In this document: positions 15,026 to 30,665 of the stretch, in pieces
How positions within the stretch are numbered: position 1 is the first letter of the stretch
How the letters are laid out: each line of letters opens with the position of its first letter
Assembly: GCA_965285935.1 (NCBI GenBank)
Contig: OZ260661.1
Coordinates: forward strand, 34,224,001 to 34,288,000
DNA: 64,000 bases
DNA from: Ophelia neglecta
Taxonomy: Eukaryota
Reading direction: 5' to 3'
The notes under the pieces: model-generated
Databases searched by the model: none
Told to the model about the DNA's origin: nothing
Seen by the model: only the letters and a program-made list of their open reading frames with translations
Position numbers and translations under genes: made by a program

Positions 15026-18000
15026 GAAATGCAAAGTCGATTAAAAACCTTATAAAAACCGGACGTCTTGCTAGGGCTATATAGATCATGATTTAAGTCT
15101 CCCCAAGTCCACGTAAAAAAATTGGTTGAAACAACATTAATTAAGTCTATCTCAATGAAGAATTAATTACAAACATGGTTTAATATTATCAGTTAAGGGA
15201 TCCATGGCTTTCTCGGTTACTCTTAATTCTTTTATAAATGAAGGATTAAAGATAATTGAGGTCTTAAAATGATTAATTCTCTTGAAGACCCTAAAAAACA
15301 TGAACCGGGCCTGTTCGTCGAGTTTCTCCATGGGCACAGGCAGGCATTAACTTAATGGGTGTGCCGAACCCTCCAACTACCCCCCCCCCCTCCACTCCCA
15401 CCCTTATTCCGCTGTTGGTCATGTTAGCCACAACCTTTTTAAAGTCCAAAAATTGATTATTTATGTTTTTTAAGACATCTTAGATATATCCGCCACTTTG
15501 AAGACCAGGGGGTAAATATTGAATATATAAATTGACAGCAACTTACGGCCATTCATGTTACCGAGATGAAACAATATAGCTCTCGAACCTACAGTATACG
15601 AACAAAGCCTCATTAAAATGCGAACTCATTGGATCTTAATAGCATGGTGACAAACCAATTTTCATTTTCCTAATCATGAAAAATAACTATTCGCTTGTCT
15701 TGTTTACTTTTTACGATGGCTGAAACATTCAGTTTTTTTGTGAGCGCTACAAAGGAAAGGTTAGCCTGGTTTATTTTGCCTCAATGTGTCATAGTTGCCG
15801 GCTAAGTCAGTTTGTGTTGTAAGACATTGTGCCTAGAAAATCTCCAGAGCAATTTCTTCCGAGGCAGCTCATGTGGAAGAAAAATGACTCCTCTTCTAAA
15901 CAATGACTTCTGTATAGTTTTCCTATTCGAAGAAGCGTTTAGCCTGTCTCGCTGCAAATTGCAAGCTAATCTATGCAATTAAGAGCAGCTTAGTTTGGAC
16001 TCGGAAACAGGAGCAAGTGTCAAAGTGGTTATGAATTATACAAAGTGTTCCACACAGTCTCGGCTGCTCGGGTAGTGGCGGATACAGATTTTGACGTTAA
16101 ATCATCTGAAAGCAGACGACACTGCCACATAAAGACAACTGCGTCCATTGAAATTCGCGAGCGTTCAATTATGCATGGATGTGGAAGGGGTGAATTAATT
16201 GTTAGTGAATATAGCCGACAATCAAAGGAAATATTGTTACATCGCCATCTGCGAGAGTTTCCTCATACAATGAAGAATGGCGGTCCTTGTTTATCTTTCA
16301 CAGATTTGCGGCACACATAATGCGACGATTACCGCCAACTGAATTAACTTTACATCCGAAAATTGTCCATAAATCCTGTTTGCCAATTTACATGAATAAT
16401 TCCTCCGTCGTTTGCCATTTCTCTGAAGAAATTATAGAGCGTTGATCCCATTATGGCCGGATTGAAGGAAAATGGTGGAAGTATCATCTGATTATCTATA
16501 ACGTGACACTAGGCACTCGGCCCACTTAGAGTTATTTGAGACGGCCGGTGTAGGGGAACACTTCATACAGGGAAATAGGCGAATGCCAGAACTTGGTTAC
16601 AATATGACGAGTCAATAAATCACTGGGGGTGAAATAATGATTCTTTACTTCAAGGTATCATAGATTAGGCTATGGATATAAATTTGTTAGGAGATGCTAT
16701 ATCAAATATCCATCATTTGTCTATGTATACATCTTGATATAGATATATAGGTTTAAGAAAATACTATTGTATATATTCAAATTGGTAAAATGCTATATAC
16801 CTGATACCTTCTTGGACTTATGGTCAAAATAAAGATTTGAAATTAACTAATTGTTAGTCAGAACAATAAGGTTTTACCATATCAACCCCATATGAGCCAA
16901 TATAGGCACACTATTTTTTTTAATAAAAAGTGTAGATATATGTAGTCTCGAAAGGTATATAGTTGATACATAATAATATAGCCATTTTAGTTATTATATA
17001 TAAAAACTAAAAAAATAGTTTTATACCTCCCATATTCCTATATATATAGATACTACATGGGACTATTTGAACGGGCGTAGGCCTATAGGCCTGTGACCCG
17101 CTATGATTTACTGTTGCCATTCAATAAAAATACATTTTTTTACATTTCTCAACACATTAGGTTGGCTATCGAAATGGGATTCTAAGTCACTAAGAGCTTT
17201 TAAAGAAAACATCATGGAAGCAACTCAATCTGCTTAAAATCACGAAATTCGATCAGGCTGTTTTCAATGAGTCTTAAGCAGTTATTGACGTAAAAAATAT
17301 AACCTCAGAATAAAATTGAAATATAGAGTCATCCCACCTGCAGCCCTGTCGGCAGCCAGGCTTTGATCTCGATGCAGGTGAGTCGTATTATTACCACCGA
17401 CTCTCGCCGCGAAGGTGACTGAATTGTCCGGGAAGCTGGGTGCAAACAGCCGGGTCTGTCCGCCATTAAACCTATTTGAACACTCTAGTTTATATGCTAG
17501 TTCCGCGCTTTTGTCGTCAATATTTAGTGAATTACGACTCAATGGGGTAAATTGAAGCGGTGTAAAAATAGCTATTAATTCGATACGTGCGTTTTCATTT
17601 CATTTTAAAATGTGTACACAGTAATTTTACCTCGATATAAACTCAGTCCGAATGGGCGTTCAAATTTGTTACTATCGGCGCGTGACACTAGTGAAAAGCT
17701 AAGGATGAACCGCCGAACGGTCCTTTACAACCTTATAATGAGAAAAGAAATGAAAATCGCCTGAGAATATTTATTTAGCAGGCTCTCGAGAGATGAAACG
17801 GATAACAATTTGCAAAGAAGAGTGACATTTTCACCTCGCTGGCAGAATTTCAAAGCTAGTCAGTGCGAAACCAAATGGAGAAGAATTTTTTTCTAGCCGT
17901 AAGCCTTGCTTTATATCTTTCTTGAGTACAGTCACTATTAAAATATATCAAATAATGGATACTGTTAACATTTATTAGAAAGCATGTGAATTTTATACTT

Positions 18001-18472
18001 AAACGCATTAAGGTGAGATCTTTCAGAAAACTTCAACATCCTCTTTTCGTAATGTATGTTTATGCACTATTCTTAAGACTAGTCATGAGTTTACAATTCA
18101 TATTTCAATACATTAATAACTCAGATATAAAGGTAAGTTATATTTGGCAATATAACTACATTAACTGCACTTTTGACTTGAAACCTTGGTTTCTTTCTGT
18201 GCACATATTCACAAAGCTTCCATAAACATTCTCATAAATTTAAGTTTAAAAGGCTTCACACAGGTTCACCACAATGTTTGAATAACGCGAATAGATGTGG
18301 CAACTACTGTAACTTGAATTGTGTTAAATTTGCCGGCTTAGAATTCGATTAGGTCCCTTCTGTTTGTGTTCATTTTCATCTCAGGACGTCTTTGACAGCT
18401 AAGAAATCAAGCTAATAAGCCAGTGACTTAGAAATCCGTGTTTTTATAAGTTTCATTGAGAGGCACAAAGGC

Positions 18473-18703
18473 TAGTAATGGGATTTCCAAGGTTGCAACT
18501 GCCGGATATTGGGGGGGGGGGCGGTTTGAGGGAAGGGGGGGGGGTAATGGTCACGATTTGGGATAGATTAAAAGTTCTCCCTGTATATCAGGAACCCCGT
18601 GCCCCCTTTGACAAAGAACCCCCCCCCCCCTCCCCCATAGACCCAGATCCCCGTGCCCACTCGAGATCATGACCCCGACGTCGCCACTCTGGGTCCGCCA
18701 GCG
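18473..18703. mobile_element. Possible degenerate GC-rich-TIR MITE
   Basis: G-tracts followed by C-tracts, ending CTCTGGGTCCGCCAG. The left TIR is decayed. Confidence 0.35.
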
Positions 18704-21700
18704 GTGGGACCAAGCTAGCGGTATATTCCTGACTGTTTACATTTCATTAATTTGTTAAATGGTGAAGTATTCACTGTTAATTGTTGATCATTGCTAGTTA
18801 AGTTCGGTCCTTTGCCTCCCTGTGCTTACCAACCGGACCGTAAAATGTCCCCATAGGACGCAGGGACAGTATTCATATCAATTTGTCTGTCAAGTACTTT
18901 GAAGTCACACTACTTCCACCCAAAGGGGTGATTCTAGCTTATGATTATCGGCTATTGTCATCTGATTTTCATGCCTTTTGACTTTCAAAGGTTTGAAAAC
19001 GATATTGCAATCGGAGTATTGCCTTTTATTCAGAATACTACGCCAAGCAAAATGAGATGTTCAAATCATAATCGTTAAAAGCTTACGACCGCTCGTCTGT
19101 CAAACCTCATTATAATGGCTGATAAAATCCTTATAGGCCTTAAAATCTTACTCCTTTCAAAATTATGCTAATATGGGTCCAAACTGAGAAGTTTTTATCA
19201 GAGAATATGCGTCACAACAAGGCGTGTTGAGACAGAATACTGTAGGGAATTTATGCCGATTGAAAACGAATCATCCTTTAACGTTTTTCTATATTTATTA
19301 TTATCAAGACATTTGATACTTTAAATCCCGATCATTTGGCGTTGCCTGATCTGCGCAAATAGTATCTTGCATGGGTTTTTATCGCTCGACCCATGGGGTA
19401 GTTAACTTTACAAGCAGTGTACATAGTTGTTTAAATCAACGATTTTCTTTTATTCCATTTTTTCCACACGCACGAGAGTACCAAGAAATCCACAGCAAAT
19501 TGACTGATTTTCGACTGACAGCTTGGTGTCACCAACCATTGTTTGGAAACAAGGAGATGCATAATATGTCACCTGATGATTTAACCTAGCACGATGGACG
19601 GTACAATGGGAATCGATTTGAGCCCCTCTCAGGGTCAAATAGGTCAAGATTGTTACAGGCAGACGATAAAGAAATCTCGCGGGAAACGCCAACTCATCCT
19701 GTGAATAGTCCAGCCTCTTTTTGACACTAGCTCACCATTTCTCATTAGCCAGACTAGCCCGCGTGACGTTACATAAATAGAAAGTGAACTAAAAGACTAG
19801 GTGATCACGGGAGCGGGCAGGTAGTCGTGTGGGAGACAATGCCCGAGGGCAGACGACATGAAGCCCAATTGTGGCTTGTTGCTTCACCAGCCGCCGCTGT
19901 GTTTAGAGACTGAAGTGAAATCGTGTTGAAGCATCGCCCAACCAGAAGGGTCTATCCATTATTTAATGATACCGGCCGCTTGTGATCAATTAAACTCGGC
20001 TTTTAACAAGGCCGGCATGTTCGCGTGTTTGTCGTGAAATCCATATTCATTTAGGCCATCTTGTCGGCGACGAAAATGAGCCCCGCAACTAGATTTCACA
20101 AATATTGTACTTCCATTTAGGTAATTGGGAGTTGATATTTAATCTTGTGTTAAAATAACTGTAGCTTCGGGAGATTACTGGCAAGCCATCAGTGGGCTCG
20201 TGCCAGCCACGGCTTCCCTTGACAGCTTCACCGAATAGTTTAGTGGCTAATTTCCTAAACCTACAAAGCAAATGACATGTACCCCGTTATCAGTGTTGTC
20301 ATTGGAGGAAAAAAATCGTTGCTGCATTTACGTCACTTTCAGATCCCATTTTATCAAAGGGTTGGCGTTCAAACAAGTAAATAGGAAATAATTAAACTAT
20401 AAAAAGCATATAAATTGCCCAAAACAGCGCCCACATGGCTTAATTATAAAACTACGAGTTGTTTAAAGTTTGAGGATCCTGGAGCAAAAACTTGCCAAAT
20501 GTTAATTGCAACGTAATTATATAATTAGTATAATTAGTGTAAATATGCCAGTATATGATATCGCCTCAAAGCTCTTGCATAATGCATAGCTTATAGATAT
20601 TAGATGACAGGACACCCACATCGAACCATAGGGTCATCATGGTATCACCTCTATATAGACATTAAGTCTCACTTTAAGGTGAATGTCCATAACTAATAAC
20701 ATCATATCTAAGTATATATATATCTAATAATTTATATAGTATTAAACATATGTCATAGTTTCGGTAACGAAACTTTCTGTTATTGTGATGTATGTGTTAT
20801 TGAGTAATTAAGTAATTAATTAATCTATAAACTCATCAATTATAGATATTGTTTTTAACAGTTTTGACCATTAGGCTATATAACCCTACTGGCTCCGGAG
20901 TTGATCAGGACAAGGGCGCAGTTCATTTCATTGTGGTTTGTACACTAACTTCCGCTTGATGATTTTGGCCTTTCCATCACAAAAAGCCTATGTAAAGTTA
21001 GAGCCAATCATCTATAGTTAAAACCGTGAAAAACTGGATACTCTTACAGGCCCATGATGCCGAAAGATACATCCATCTATTTCTGAATAGAAAAGAATTA
21101 GAACTACTTTTCTAATCACTTTTAAAAGTCAATCAGAAATTAGGGCAGTCTTATTCTCTAGATAGAGAAGTTCATCGGAGGCAAAACCGTGTTGTGCTTG
21201 CTCTACCAGTATACCAGCAGATACAAAGTTCCCGAGGCTTCGCTCAATAGCGTGGCAGCAGTCCGTGAGTTGAGTACTGTGCCCAGATTGAGCCGAGTTC
21301 TCCAGGCTTAGCCAACCTATCAAACCTGCCATCGACCTCAATTACAGCTAATTTCCAGGTCCTTCGATAGCGGGCTTGCCATTGTCGTCTGCTCAGTGGA
21401 ATAATTGGCCACGTGGCCCGCGGTCGGCTGCCACGAGAATAGACGAGAATGGGGCCCAGTGAAGGAAGCCGGGAATGGGCTCGGTTTATGGGGCTGAGAA
21501 GCAGGACAAGGTAGCCCTAACAAGGGACCAGTCAGGGACCAGTGCGGGGCAGTTGTGAGAAATATCGTCTGACATTTTTTTTCTTCAGAAATACGTTGTC
21601 ACCATATGAGACCATAAGATATCTTTTCCGGCTTTAAATAGAATCATGAATAGAAGTTTTTATATATGTGACTGAGTTAATGGGACAATCACCATATTAA

Positions 21701-22937
21701 TAGCCCGAATTTTTTTTTATCATTAAGCAATTTTATATTTTGCCGTATATACCATTGTGTAGTTGATATTCTACTATTTAAACTGCTACTCTGCATGTGC
21801 AAGCTCACTCTAGGCTTAAGTTTCTGATAATGTTTGCATCCCATCATGATAATCTAAACACACTGATCATTCTTGGTGGTTTTAGGCGGAAGCTGTAATA
21901 AAGTAGGCCTTTAATGGTCATAGACTACTCCGTCAGTGGGTGATAAAGTGTCACCAGTCCTGACAGTGAGACCTGACCGTCCATTGTAAACAATTGCCTC
22001 CCAGATGTTACAATAAAGATGCAAATTACGCTGATCCGCCGGTCCATGGAGGATGTTCCGAGTTTCATTACACTGCTAATCTCTAGTAATTATCTGTAAG
22101 ACTCTGGGGTCGCGCTCAGAACTCGGACGTGGTTAGCGCCGATCATGGACGGTAATAGCCGGGATTGCGCTGCCAGGCGATTGCCCAAATTGCAGTGCTT
22201 TTCCTGAAATCTCGCACATAAATCAATTATAATTATGTGATAATTGAAAGTTACCGTCGGCAATAAGCTCGTTCGACTCTGATGCATTTGCTGAGCGCCG
22301 GCCGATCTTAGCTAAAGAGAGATCGGCCTGGTAAAATGGCCCTCAACTAGCCAATTAACCCGCGCCAAATTGAAGGATTTTCTGTCGATCTTCGGGCAAT
22401 TTCCTGCCCAATCTGCTCCGCAGATATTGCTGATGCGCTCTAGATCTATCAACTGGGCCACTAATAACCACTGATACCTACTTTAAGTCTTCAATCAACG
22501 GTTATCTGGTGGAGGAGAGGAAAGGCGCGCTAAAAGGTGAGCACAAACATCTATATATATAACTACTTATGCCTACAGCGCTTGCTTGGCTTACACCGGA
22601 TGTGAAGCCTGTTGTAGCCGGTAGGATTCACTTCTATAATTCAATGGTATCATAATAAAATGTCTGAATTGCGGTGGTTCAATATTAAGTTTGCAGTGTG
22701 TTTAAGGGAGTGGTCATTTATGAAATTAAGCCGGAAATTTTGGTGGTTGACAGAAACGCATCGTTGTTCACAAGTGTTCACATTCACGCACACACACACA
22801 CAGTCACAAATAATAGGATAAAAAAATTGCTTCATGTCTGTATACATACATTCCTCATTCCTCATGCTCTGACTGCATCAGAGCATGTTTTGAATTGTGC
22901 ATAGGGCCTTAATATTCATTGGCTCTGTGTACATGAA

Positions 22938-23115
22938 CAGTGAAACCTGTGAATTAGGACCACCAAAGGGGCTGGAAAATACTGGCCTGATTTCGGAGGC
23001 GGTCTGTTTAGACAGGTTATTTAACATTAAAAGCATACAGCATGGTCCTTATATTAGTGGTCTGAATTGGCAGGTGGTCTGATTATAGAGGTGGTCTTTA
23101 AGGCAGGTTTCACTA
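22938..23115. mobile_element. MITE family 1 copy 2
   Basis: CAGTGAAACCTGTGAATTAGGACCACC...GGTGGTCTTTAAGGCAGGTTTCACT followed by TATATA; aligns end to end with the other two copies. Confidence 0.87.
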
Positions 23116-26100
23116 TATATATAAAGAAATCTGCTAATTAATGATCAGAGTGATGAGGTTTTCATGGATGATCCCTGTTTGGCACAGTAATATATCGGCA
23201 TCACTGCTGAAGCTCCCCCTTATATCTATTATGGCACAGCGAGAGAGAAAGGGGTTTACCAGATGGAGTTCAGGTTACTATGCAGTTATTCCGATACAAA
23301 CATAACACCATTTAACTTTCGGAACATTGTCATTTAAATAATAATAGTTTAATAGTTTAAATATTTGTCCGCTAGAGTTGGAGGAGAAGATGTGGATAAA
23401 TCTTTTCGCAGTGACATTGACAATTCAACTAATATCACTCCAGTTAAGGAGGTAGTATATATGTCAGTGATCCGAAAAGTTGGGTTATGTCCGTGGGCAC
23501 ATAAACAGAGTGCATACTGAGAGGACTATATGCTTCTCCAAAAAATTATTTATTTATTATATTTCATTTATATTTATTAACTAGTTCATACAAGCTTGGC
23601 CGAAGCAATGGCTTATGCTTTGGTACCATTTGTGTAAGAATAGCGATGTTATTGTGGCTAATGTGTGATAAAATTTCAAGGGCCGCTCACAACCCTTCAG
23701 CCTGCAAACCACTTTATCTTTGAAGCATCCTTGAGCCAGGATCATATAGGAGCCCAATCCATTACATTATCGCCCATTGTCAGCTCATTGGCCTCGGTCC
23801 TTACTTCTTTGGCGAACTAATCAATAGATTACGTCGATCTAATCGTGAATCGGCCCTCAGACAACACCGCACCGCGGAAGAATACAGAAGGCATCCCAAA
23901 TTGGTCGGCCTTTGTGCCCCTTCGCGGGGAGCTATCTCAAGCAATTTACTAGTCAGCCGATGCCACATTGAGATAAATTCCACAATTAGCCAATAATCGT
24001 TGATTGTAGAGAGGCCATGGCCAGGATCAGATTCCGTGCCTCGCTTTCTCTTCTGCATAAAGAAGCTTTGAATACAGTGACTGAAAGGGCATTGCAGTAG
24101 CTAAAATGGCGCGTTTATGCTAGGGCCAGACGATAAACCTCAATAAACCGGGAATTTTGCAATAAATTGATACAAGTAATCAGCAGGATATATAGGCGCG
24201 TTTATGAACACCAGATGAAATAGTTTGACGTAGGTGGCGCACACTTTAATGTCCAATATACCCGATGCTCCGAAAAGAAAAATTGGCAAGTAATAACCTA
24301 GCACTTTATAATGTTTGTCAACCATTATATTTTACTAGTGTGATGTTTTCATGCCTTAAGTCGTACTTTAGCGATTCTGAAACGGATATTATATTGCCGG
24401 CGTATTTGCAGACAAATGTATGGGCAACTTGAGATATGTTTTATATATTTAGCATCTGCGCCAGCTAAAAATACTGTAAACACTTGTACTAATAGGGTTT
24501 ACTCAAAAAGAGTCGAATGCCATAGGTAATATCATAAATGGAGGCGAATTGCCAACGCTGGCGGCAGAATACGAATTTCTTTCTGGTTTTGTCCGCCAAA
24601 AGCGATAATATTAATGGTGTCTTTTCAATGTCCAAATTGGTGTTTAAGCCACAAGAAGGTGTGAAGAATTATTCAAAGTGTGTCTAGCTTTCCGCCTTGA
24701 AATGCTGCTAACCGGCGAGTAATTGAGATAACAATTTAGTAAAGATTAGAACCATTTATCGTTTTAAAAAGGAACAAATTTTATTGTCGACGATTTGCTA
24801 CCGGTTTTGGCTGCTATTCCCCTTGATCCTTTGCGAACGTGGCCAAAGTAAGCAGGTTTTGTTTTCTTTCAATTACGTCCGGTAGCAAACCCTGATAGTC
24901 CGATTATGCTAGTTAAATGCATGAAGTATACAGTCGACAGGGGGTTCGCCCATTCATGATATATCAATATTTATATACTGTATCCAATCTGCGCCGCCCG
25001 TTGTTAATCAAAGCAGCCGCACGAACGCCAAACGACAGGGCAACAGTGACCAGAAACGTAATGTTTTTCTTGGTCATCCTGTCGCGGTTCAACCATGTGA
25101 TCCTTTTAATTATAACCAAATGGCTTATAGACAGGGTACAGCTGGTCTCCCTGTGTCGGGAAAAAACACCCCCGGGCGGTCACAGGCGAGACCACACTAA
25201 TACGTGATTGACACTAAAGACCAACATGGATACTTAATAATTAGTCTAAAATATACCAACTTTCAAAGGGCGGCCAATTCAACTTCTCCACGCGCACTAT
25301 TTGTTGTTAAGTGGATATGTATAACTTCATTCTGAATAAAAACGTGCGGCGGACTATAGATAGCATGGGGATGTTGCCGTTTTTGGTGGTGTGAGTAAAG
25401 TTTGAAAGATTCTTATAGATATACCAACTATTGTTAGAAAATGAAATGGAGAAAATAGTTCCTTAATCATGTATGATGCTCTTCTTTGATTTCACTGTTA
25501 TTTGAAGCTCTTTCGACGATTTCATTGACAATTATCGGGACACTTTGGTTTCTATTGTGCCTCCCATTTCTCGGCTACTGTGGCTAAAATGTTGAAAGAA
25601 ATACCAACTGGTGTTAAATTGACTTAAATCGGGTTTGTTTTGATTCTATCAGTCGGTAAAAATATAAAACATTTACCCGATGGCAACCATGCCAACCACA
25701 CAAGCTATCGTGGAAGAATCCAGTTTTCAGTTCAAACACTGATGATAAAATGAATTCGAACCAATCCCCAAAACCGTCATATGTAGACTAAAGGTTAGAC
25801 CTTCGTTGAAAAAATGGGGTAATATCGCTTAAGTAAAATTACTCACAGTTAATTGGTTTGCATTAAAATCATACAATTAAAATGTTAGCCGCAAAGAAGG
25901 ATGTTCTGACAGGAGGCTGATGTCCCGTCGCACCTGTGCCAATATACCTGAGATTCATATCAAAGGAAATAAACCTCTCCTCCTCACCTGCTCAAATCTA
26001 TAAAACCTAGCCTACCAAAATAAACACCACCGAGTTTATACCCCATTAGTATATATAATTCTCAGTTTTGTGTCATTGTTTGTTGTATAATAGACTAATT

Positions 26101-27812
26101 GATCTTTTTCTCGCCATAATGCACATGTGTGAATGGTGGCTATAGTTTTGACTCCGCGCGTATGACAGAAGTGCAATAGATACCCGCCTTCGGCATATGA
26201 ATATGTTTAAAAACGCAACACTCGGTAACAGTCTAACAAATAGCCTGGCAGATCGTATAAAAATAGCTCTAAACGACTGTCTTCGCATTCTAAATCGTAC
26301 TTAGACTAAAGAGGATAAAATTGTGTTTTATAATTGAAAACCTGTGATTGTGAAATTGTCCGTGAAGCACTGGAAGAGCCAGGAGTCGGCAGTGACTTGT
26401 TGGGTGACAAGCATACAATCGCTAGTCGGCTCTAAGTCTTGTTGAAGTCGTCCCAAGTCACCACCTAAAACTGAATATTGCCAATGACTAAAGCGCAGGT
26501 GTGCTGGCTGTCTATTAAATTGCCTTGCAGCCTTTGAAGTCGAAATCTCAATTGATTGTCGCTCTTGTGTCAAATAGTTTCGATAGAAGTGCCTATACAA
26601 CTCTCTAAACCGCTATATGCACTATTAAATCTCTATCAAGTCGCGCTTCAAACTTGTTACACCGTCTTTTGTACGTGAATTACACGTATTAACTTACGAT
26701 TGAGTTCTTTGTCCCGGACTAAGAAAGGCAATTAATGGTTTTCGTGCGCTCTCATTCTGATTTGGGCGCAGTAATTCACCAATTTTGCGCAAATTAAAAC
26801 TAGTAATGGCTATATGATTGCCTGAGGAATGTCAGGTCGAGTCTCACGTGATCTGGAGGTAGTAGCTGGCGATTAAGTTCTCACCGCGGCGGGTTTGAAG
26901 TTCATTCAAGCCTTGATCGTCTGCTCAAAGGCGAAAGCACGCTGTTGTTGCGTTCCGGAGGACAAGGTTGAAAAGGCGACATTTAATAACTAAGGCACCG
27001 TAATGCGAAAACATCCCCGGATTGAATACAAACCAATTTTATACGACAAAACATTGGACAGAACAGCCAGTGACTTTCTGACGAGAAAATATACCAATGT
27101 CAACATCATAACCCAACTTCAAAGGAAGGTACCGCTGTATTTTCATAGCGGTTCTCTATTTTTACGACCTGAACATTCAGGGTGTGTAGTCCCACAAAGA
27201 TTGCCTATCTGGGAGATGTCCCAGCGCATAATAGACCCAGTTAATCTTTATGTTAGCTTACGCCCATGCTTATGACGGTTTTTAAGAGCTTTCACTTACA
27301 CCACGGAAATTGCTTCCATTTTAGCCACCTTAAGCTTCTTTTAGTAGGGTGTTTATCTAAATTCATTCTGATATCAAACTGCATATATTAGATATGTGAA
27401 ACATCCAACTGATATCATAGAAGGGGCATAACGCCACTGGAAGTCAATATTTCTTTATTTAGGTTAATAAACATGGGTTAAGTGGGGGCCCCTTGTTATC
27501 TATTATAAATGAAATTGCGAATATAGTTCAAAGGTTCTAATTATGTGCTATAAAACCTACACTTCTTCTGATTCATTTAACGACTTAAACAGTTTTCATT
27601 TCTTAAATGTGATATTCTTCCTTTGGGTCATTTATTTGCCAACCACTGCCACTGCACATATTCCATAAAATTGAAAAATAAAAATCCAGTGCAATCCAGT
27701 CAGCGTTAGCCTATGAGAAAATATCGGGGTAAGACTGATTTTTCATCATAGTAACGTAACACGTTCTTCTGTTAGGCAAAAGGAATAATATCTCAATATA
27801 TTTAGGATCGTC

Positions 27813-27834
27813 TTTTTTTTTTTTTTTTTTTTTT
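27813..27834 (+). repeat. Poly-T tract (22 nt)
   Basis: Direct reading of the sequence. Confidence 0.95.
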
Positions 27835-30487
27835 GCTCTGCCTATTATATACAGTCTTGGAGTTTATATATCAATCACAGCTCTTTCGTAACCCTTTGAA
27901 TTGTCTCAGGAATTCCTGCCCATGCCCCTCCTGTCCCTGCATACCTTTCTGGGGAGCCACGACCCCTGTCACCGCCGCTACCTTTCACAAGACACAGATA
28001 ATCAAGTGAGTTAACCGCTCAATGCCCATAATACCCGTGGATCAATTTTGTAAATTGATTTTGGGCGTCTATGGCAGGCGAGGAGCTGGTGAATACCCGA
28101 TCAAATCCACCTCACCGAGTGTTCTTTCTCATTAGATGGCCAGGCATTGTGCAATTTGCTTAAATGTCCTCACTTTCATGCCCATTAACCTCTTAAAACC
28201 GGCGATCGGTGTCTTTTAGAAAAGCGAGCGCCCCGAAACCAGTATCAAATTAGGAGACATTATCGGGTTTACCCCGAGCTGGCAAGAATAAGAATTTATT
28301 CATTAGGCCGCAATTTCTGCCAAAGGCGACCCACCTCCTCAGCAATTTAATGCCGGGCGCTCACTTTGGAGATGGATTCTGCAGATTAGCGCACGCTAAC
28401 AAGATCCCTGGCACTCACCGAGTGAAGACTTATATCATTAGCCTCCAATTAATTTTAATTACCCGTCAATTTAGTGACAGGAGGTCCCGTGCCGGCGTGG
28501 CTCGTGGGTGAGGCATTGTCGGGCGGTATATCTCCGGAGAAGAGCGGGTGTCTAACTTGTGACAGGTCCTCTGCGGGAGTCTCAGGGCTGAGTGGAGATG
28601 AGAGGCGAAGGAGGGCGGGGGGACCAAGACTTGCCAGTGTGGGAAGAAAACACACACACACACACGCGTAAATCTCCAACACTTTAAATAAATCGTCTAA
28701 CATTAACGAAAATATCGATACATTGATATATCAATAAGGATAGAAACAAAATAATTCAATACCATGTATATTAAACTTGTTCTCTCACCATTCAATTAAA
28801 CAAAATGTAAAAAGACCCTGGGTCAATTCTGATCGTGCATGCCCACTGAGTACAAACCTGTACGGGTCTCCCTTCGGGGTCGTAGAACCCATACCCAGTG
28901 TACACAACAGTCTATTTATATTCTTATTATTATTTCCTGGCCTATTAGCCATATTTTAAAGTATACACTTATGAGGCTTAGTTTTAATACTATAGCTAGT
29001 AATATTCAATTGAGACGGATTCACCCAGTGGTCATTAAGTGTATTTAATATGTACAGACGTACAATCAAAATTATTGTCTTCCTGGGGAAAAGTCCCACC
29101 ATCTTCGATTGACGAAGTTGAATCTTAACTAATTTTTTGGACAGGTCGAGCGGAGCCTAGCTAATTTGGACAACACCAATTCGTATTAAAATGCTTAAAC
29201 TAACACGTATTGCTTTGCTGTAAAGTGGTGTGCTTCTGGCGTGAAAATTGAAATTGAGAACTGCTGTTCAAAGATTATATAGCCAAAACACCTTTAGGTC
29301 TACACACCACTGGGGGCATTACACGACCGATTGGAATTGCATTCTGGACTTGTTCCGCCATCCGTCAGAATCTTAGCAGGAATTAACGGTTTGTGCATAG
29401 CGAGTCTTCATTTAGAAGCGAATGCATTATAGCTGAAATATATTGATGTTGAAACGCGCTGTGAAATACCGACTTCCCCTCCAGCAAAGCAAACAGCCAG
29501 TTATACAAGTGTGTCATACATTGAGCATGGTTGCAAACCGCCTTATTACAGTTGATATTAGTGCCGAGTCCCCGAGCGGCCATACATTGTTATGATTCGC
29601 GTTCTCATTTATCTTTCCCTAGAAGCACTTTACATTTCATACTGCCATAATGAGTATTTCACCCATCACATTAAACCTGATAATCTCCCTTGTGCTTTGT
29701 GAAGCCAGCCAGCCGCGGATAATACACGACCAGATGGGGAAGAAAAGACAGAAAATGTCATAACCCCTAATGTATCGGCCATTTCTTAAATATTTCAAAC
29801 ATTTGTTTATACAAGAGTGGTGGAGTATGATTATCTGGGGATTGTATAAATGGCTTGTAAGGAGGGTTTTCTATTGCCATGGCAAGCCCATTGAAGGAAC
29901 CCATCTGTTTTCGAGACCAGCACCAATTTCATGGCCAGCAGCGACAAGAAATTCAGCTGTCGTCTGCTTAGCCGAGGCGGCGGGAAAACGACGAGAAAAC
30001 GATGTGTAATGGGAACAGTGAGCACGTGCATAGTTCACAAATATCATTTCCCGTAGGTAATTTACAGCTAAATGATGTATGGATCCCAAACAACTTAGCT
30101 TACTGTGTATTTGTCATCAATATTAATATTAATTATATAGATATGTGATACCGAACTTGCTTGTACTAAGAATGTACAAAGCCCAAGTCATTCGTCGGTG
30201 TAAAACTGGTCCACTCATTCTACCGCTGGTAATACTTATGTATCGTAAGTAGTATAAAAAGTAGTATAAAATCATATTTTGTAAAGTTTCGCAAGGATAA
30301 CCTGAATTTCAGCCTTACATCTTTTCAAATTGAAAACGGATAAAATGGCTGAATTGCAGAGTTGCTATAAAGTGGATAAGTAAGATCAATATAGACCAAG
30401 GCCTAGGAAAAGAAACATTAAAAAAAGCACGACACTTTGAACATATACTCAAAAAATCTAATAATTATGCATTTATAGAAACGTATT

Positions 30488-30665
30488 AAGTGAAATATGT
30501 GAATTAAGGCCACCCAAGGGACTGGAAAATGCTGGTCTGATTTCTAAGGTGGTCTGTTTGGACAGGTTATTTAACATTGAAAGTATACAGCATGGTCCTC
30601 ATATTAGTGGTCTGACTTGACAGGTGGTCTGATTATAGAGGTGGTCTTTAAGGCAGGTTTCACTT
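30488..30665. mobile_element. MITE family 1 copy 3
   Basis: AGTGAAATATGTGAATTAAGGCCACC...GGTGGTCTTTAAGGCAGGTTTCACT; the 3' half is nearly identical to copy 2. Confidence 0.87.

Noticed and set aside
22300-22887. Short perfect hairpins (GGCCGATCT/AGATCGGCC at 22300-22328; CATGCTCTGA/TCAGAGCATG at 22863-22887)
   Set aside because: Stems of 9-10 bp are too short for pre-miRNA, and no Helitron CTRR end follows. A few such stems are expected by chance in 64 kb.
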